A DNA stretch of 64,000 bases from Tortispora ganteri (taxonomy: Eukaryota), in the NCBI GenBank assembly GCA_003707115.1, contig PPNB01000027.1, positions 1-64,000 on the forward strand. Reading direction: 5' to 3'. A model generated the notes under the pieces. It was not told where the DNA came from and ran no database searches. It saw only the letters and a program-made list of their open reading frames with translations. Below, in pieces: positions 63,011 to 64,000 of the stretch. Positions within the stretch are counted from its first letter, which is position 1. Each line of letters opens with the position of its first letter. The translations under genes and the position numbers were made by a program.

Positions 63011-64000
63011 TTATCTTCCAGTCAGAGATTTGACAAATTCTGCAAATTGACGACGAAATACTTTGTCGTCAACAGTCTGCAGCGCCTGCACATACACATC
63101 AATCTGCTGATTCGGTACACCTGATTCGGGGAAAAAAGACTGTGCCAAGTATGCGCTGAATCGCGGCCAGCATATATGTAGACATTTTTGCACATGCCCA
63201 ATTTCACCGAGAACTAAACGGAATTCTCCATCTGAGTAGTTCGATTTGATATCAGTAGAAACCGACCAGCAGATCCTGTTCACCGTAACATAGAATGAAT
63301 CAGGCATCGCAAACACTGACACACCAGCAGGCAGAGGTAGCGACGGATCTTTATCCGCTAATGCAACCATAACTTTTCCTAAAACTGCCAACGCTGTTTT
63401 TTGTGTTACCGCGTTGCTTTGATCTTCGGAGTATTCCAAGATGGTCTGTAGCATCGATTCCAAAACGTTTCGCAGCTCTTCTCGCAACAGAACCCAAGTA
63501 AGCCCATTGGCAACTATCGTCTGAATAAAATGCAAGTACGCTTTTCTCAAATTATAGACTTGAAGAAAATAGTCAGTGCCCGAGGACGTGCCATTATCGT
63601 TTTTCGGTAGTGTCATGTGGTCCACTAGGTTAGAAAGCAGCGGCCCAATTAGCTCAACTAATATATTTCCTGCTCCATCTTTAGCATACAGGTGAATTAG
63701 TTGACCAATGAAAGAGAGAAAGTCTCCTAGTTCATCTGGTCCTGCATTAGACAACAAACTGGTAATAAGTCGAGGAATGTACTCAAAAATTTCACTTCCA
63801 ATGCTTGTGAGCATTCTAGCAAAGGTAAACCTAGCTGCATCTCTTATGATTTCATATTGCGCTAGCATCTCTAACGGAGTAATGACTGCTTCTGCGCTGT
63901 TTTTCATTCTGAGTTTCACATTAGCACTTTCTTTCATTTGCTGTTGTGCACCATCGGAAAATCCACGCGAAAATGTTCCTATTGCCATAATGTCATGATG
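63011..64000 (-). CDS. LOS1: Exportin-T (Los1), C-terminal part; gene continues beyond the window
   Basis: IMAIGTFSRGF, IRDAARFTFARM, DFLSFIGQLIH, SGTD...LRKAYLHFI. Frame is open to the window edge. Confidence 0.85.
   Translation of the reverse strand, partial: HHDIMAIGTFSRGFSDGAQQQMKESANVKLRMKNSAEAVITPLEMLAQYEIIRDAARFTFARMLTSIGSEIFEYIPRLITSLLSNAGPDELGDFLSFIGQLIHLYAKDGAGNILVELIGPLLSNLVDHMTLPKNDNGTSSGTDYFLQVYNLRKAYLHFIQTIVANGLTWVLLREELRNVLESMLQTILEYSEDQSNAVTQKTALAVLGKVMVALADKDPSLPLPAGVSVFAMPDSFYVTVNRICWSVSTDIKSNYSDGEFRLVLGEIGHVQKCLHICWPRFSAYLAQSFFPESGVPNQQIDVYVQALQTVDDKVFRRQFAEFVKSLTGR

Overview
Very gene-dense fungal nuclear DNA with about 38 protein-coding genes, one tRNA and a few short spliceosomal introns with TACTAAC-type branch points. 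CTG occurs at a conserved Leu position, so the standard code fits. A complex I accessory subunit, a SIRT4-class sirtuin, PNGase A, a CmkB/Cmk1-type kinase and CCTCGG sites before the acyl-CoA oxidase point, by inference, to an early-diverging non-Saccharomycetaceae budding yeast. Most genes are ordinary housekeeping genes. I see no mobile elements, CRISPR arrays or rRNA. Two signals stand out. (1) SPC1 and XKS1 look like a bicistronic unit: an 8-nt spacer, no internal ATG anywhere in SPC1, a weak SPC1 start context, a stronger XKS1 context, and a Mig1/CreA-type site upstream of SPC1. (2) The intron of the mitoribosomal gene MRPS35 holds a box C/D snoRNA candidate with a 13-nt guide complementary to LSU rRNA. 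Smaller points: two introns need AAG acceptors, a tRNA-Ser gene has a genomic CCA, Hsp90 has a Leu-to-Pro change at a conserved site, and the largest intergenic gap holds a long strand-specific hairpin. All gene identities come from recalled motifs, not database searches.
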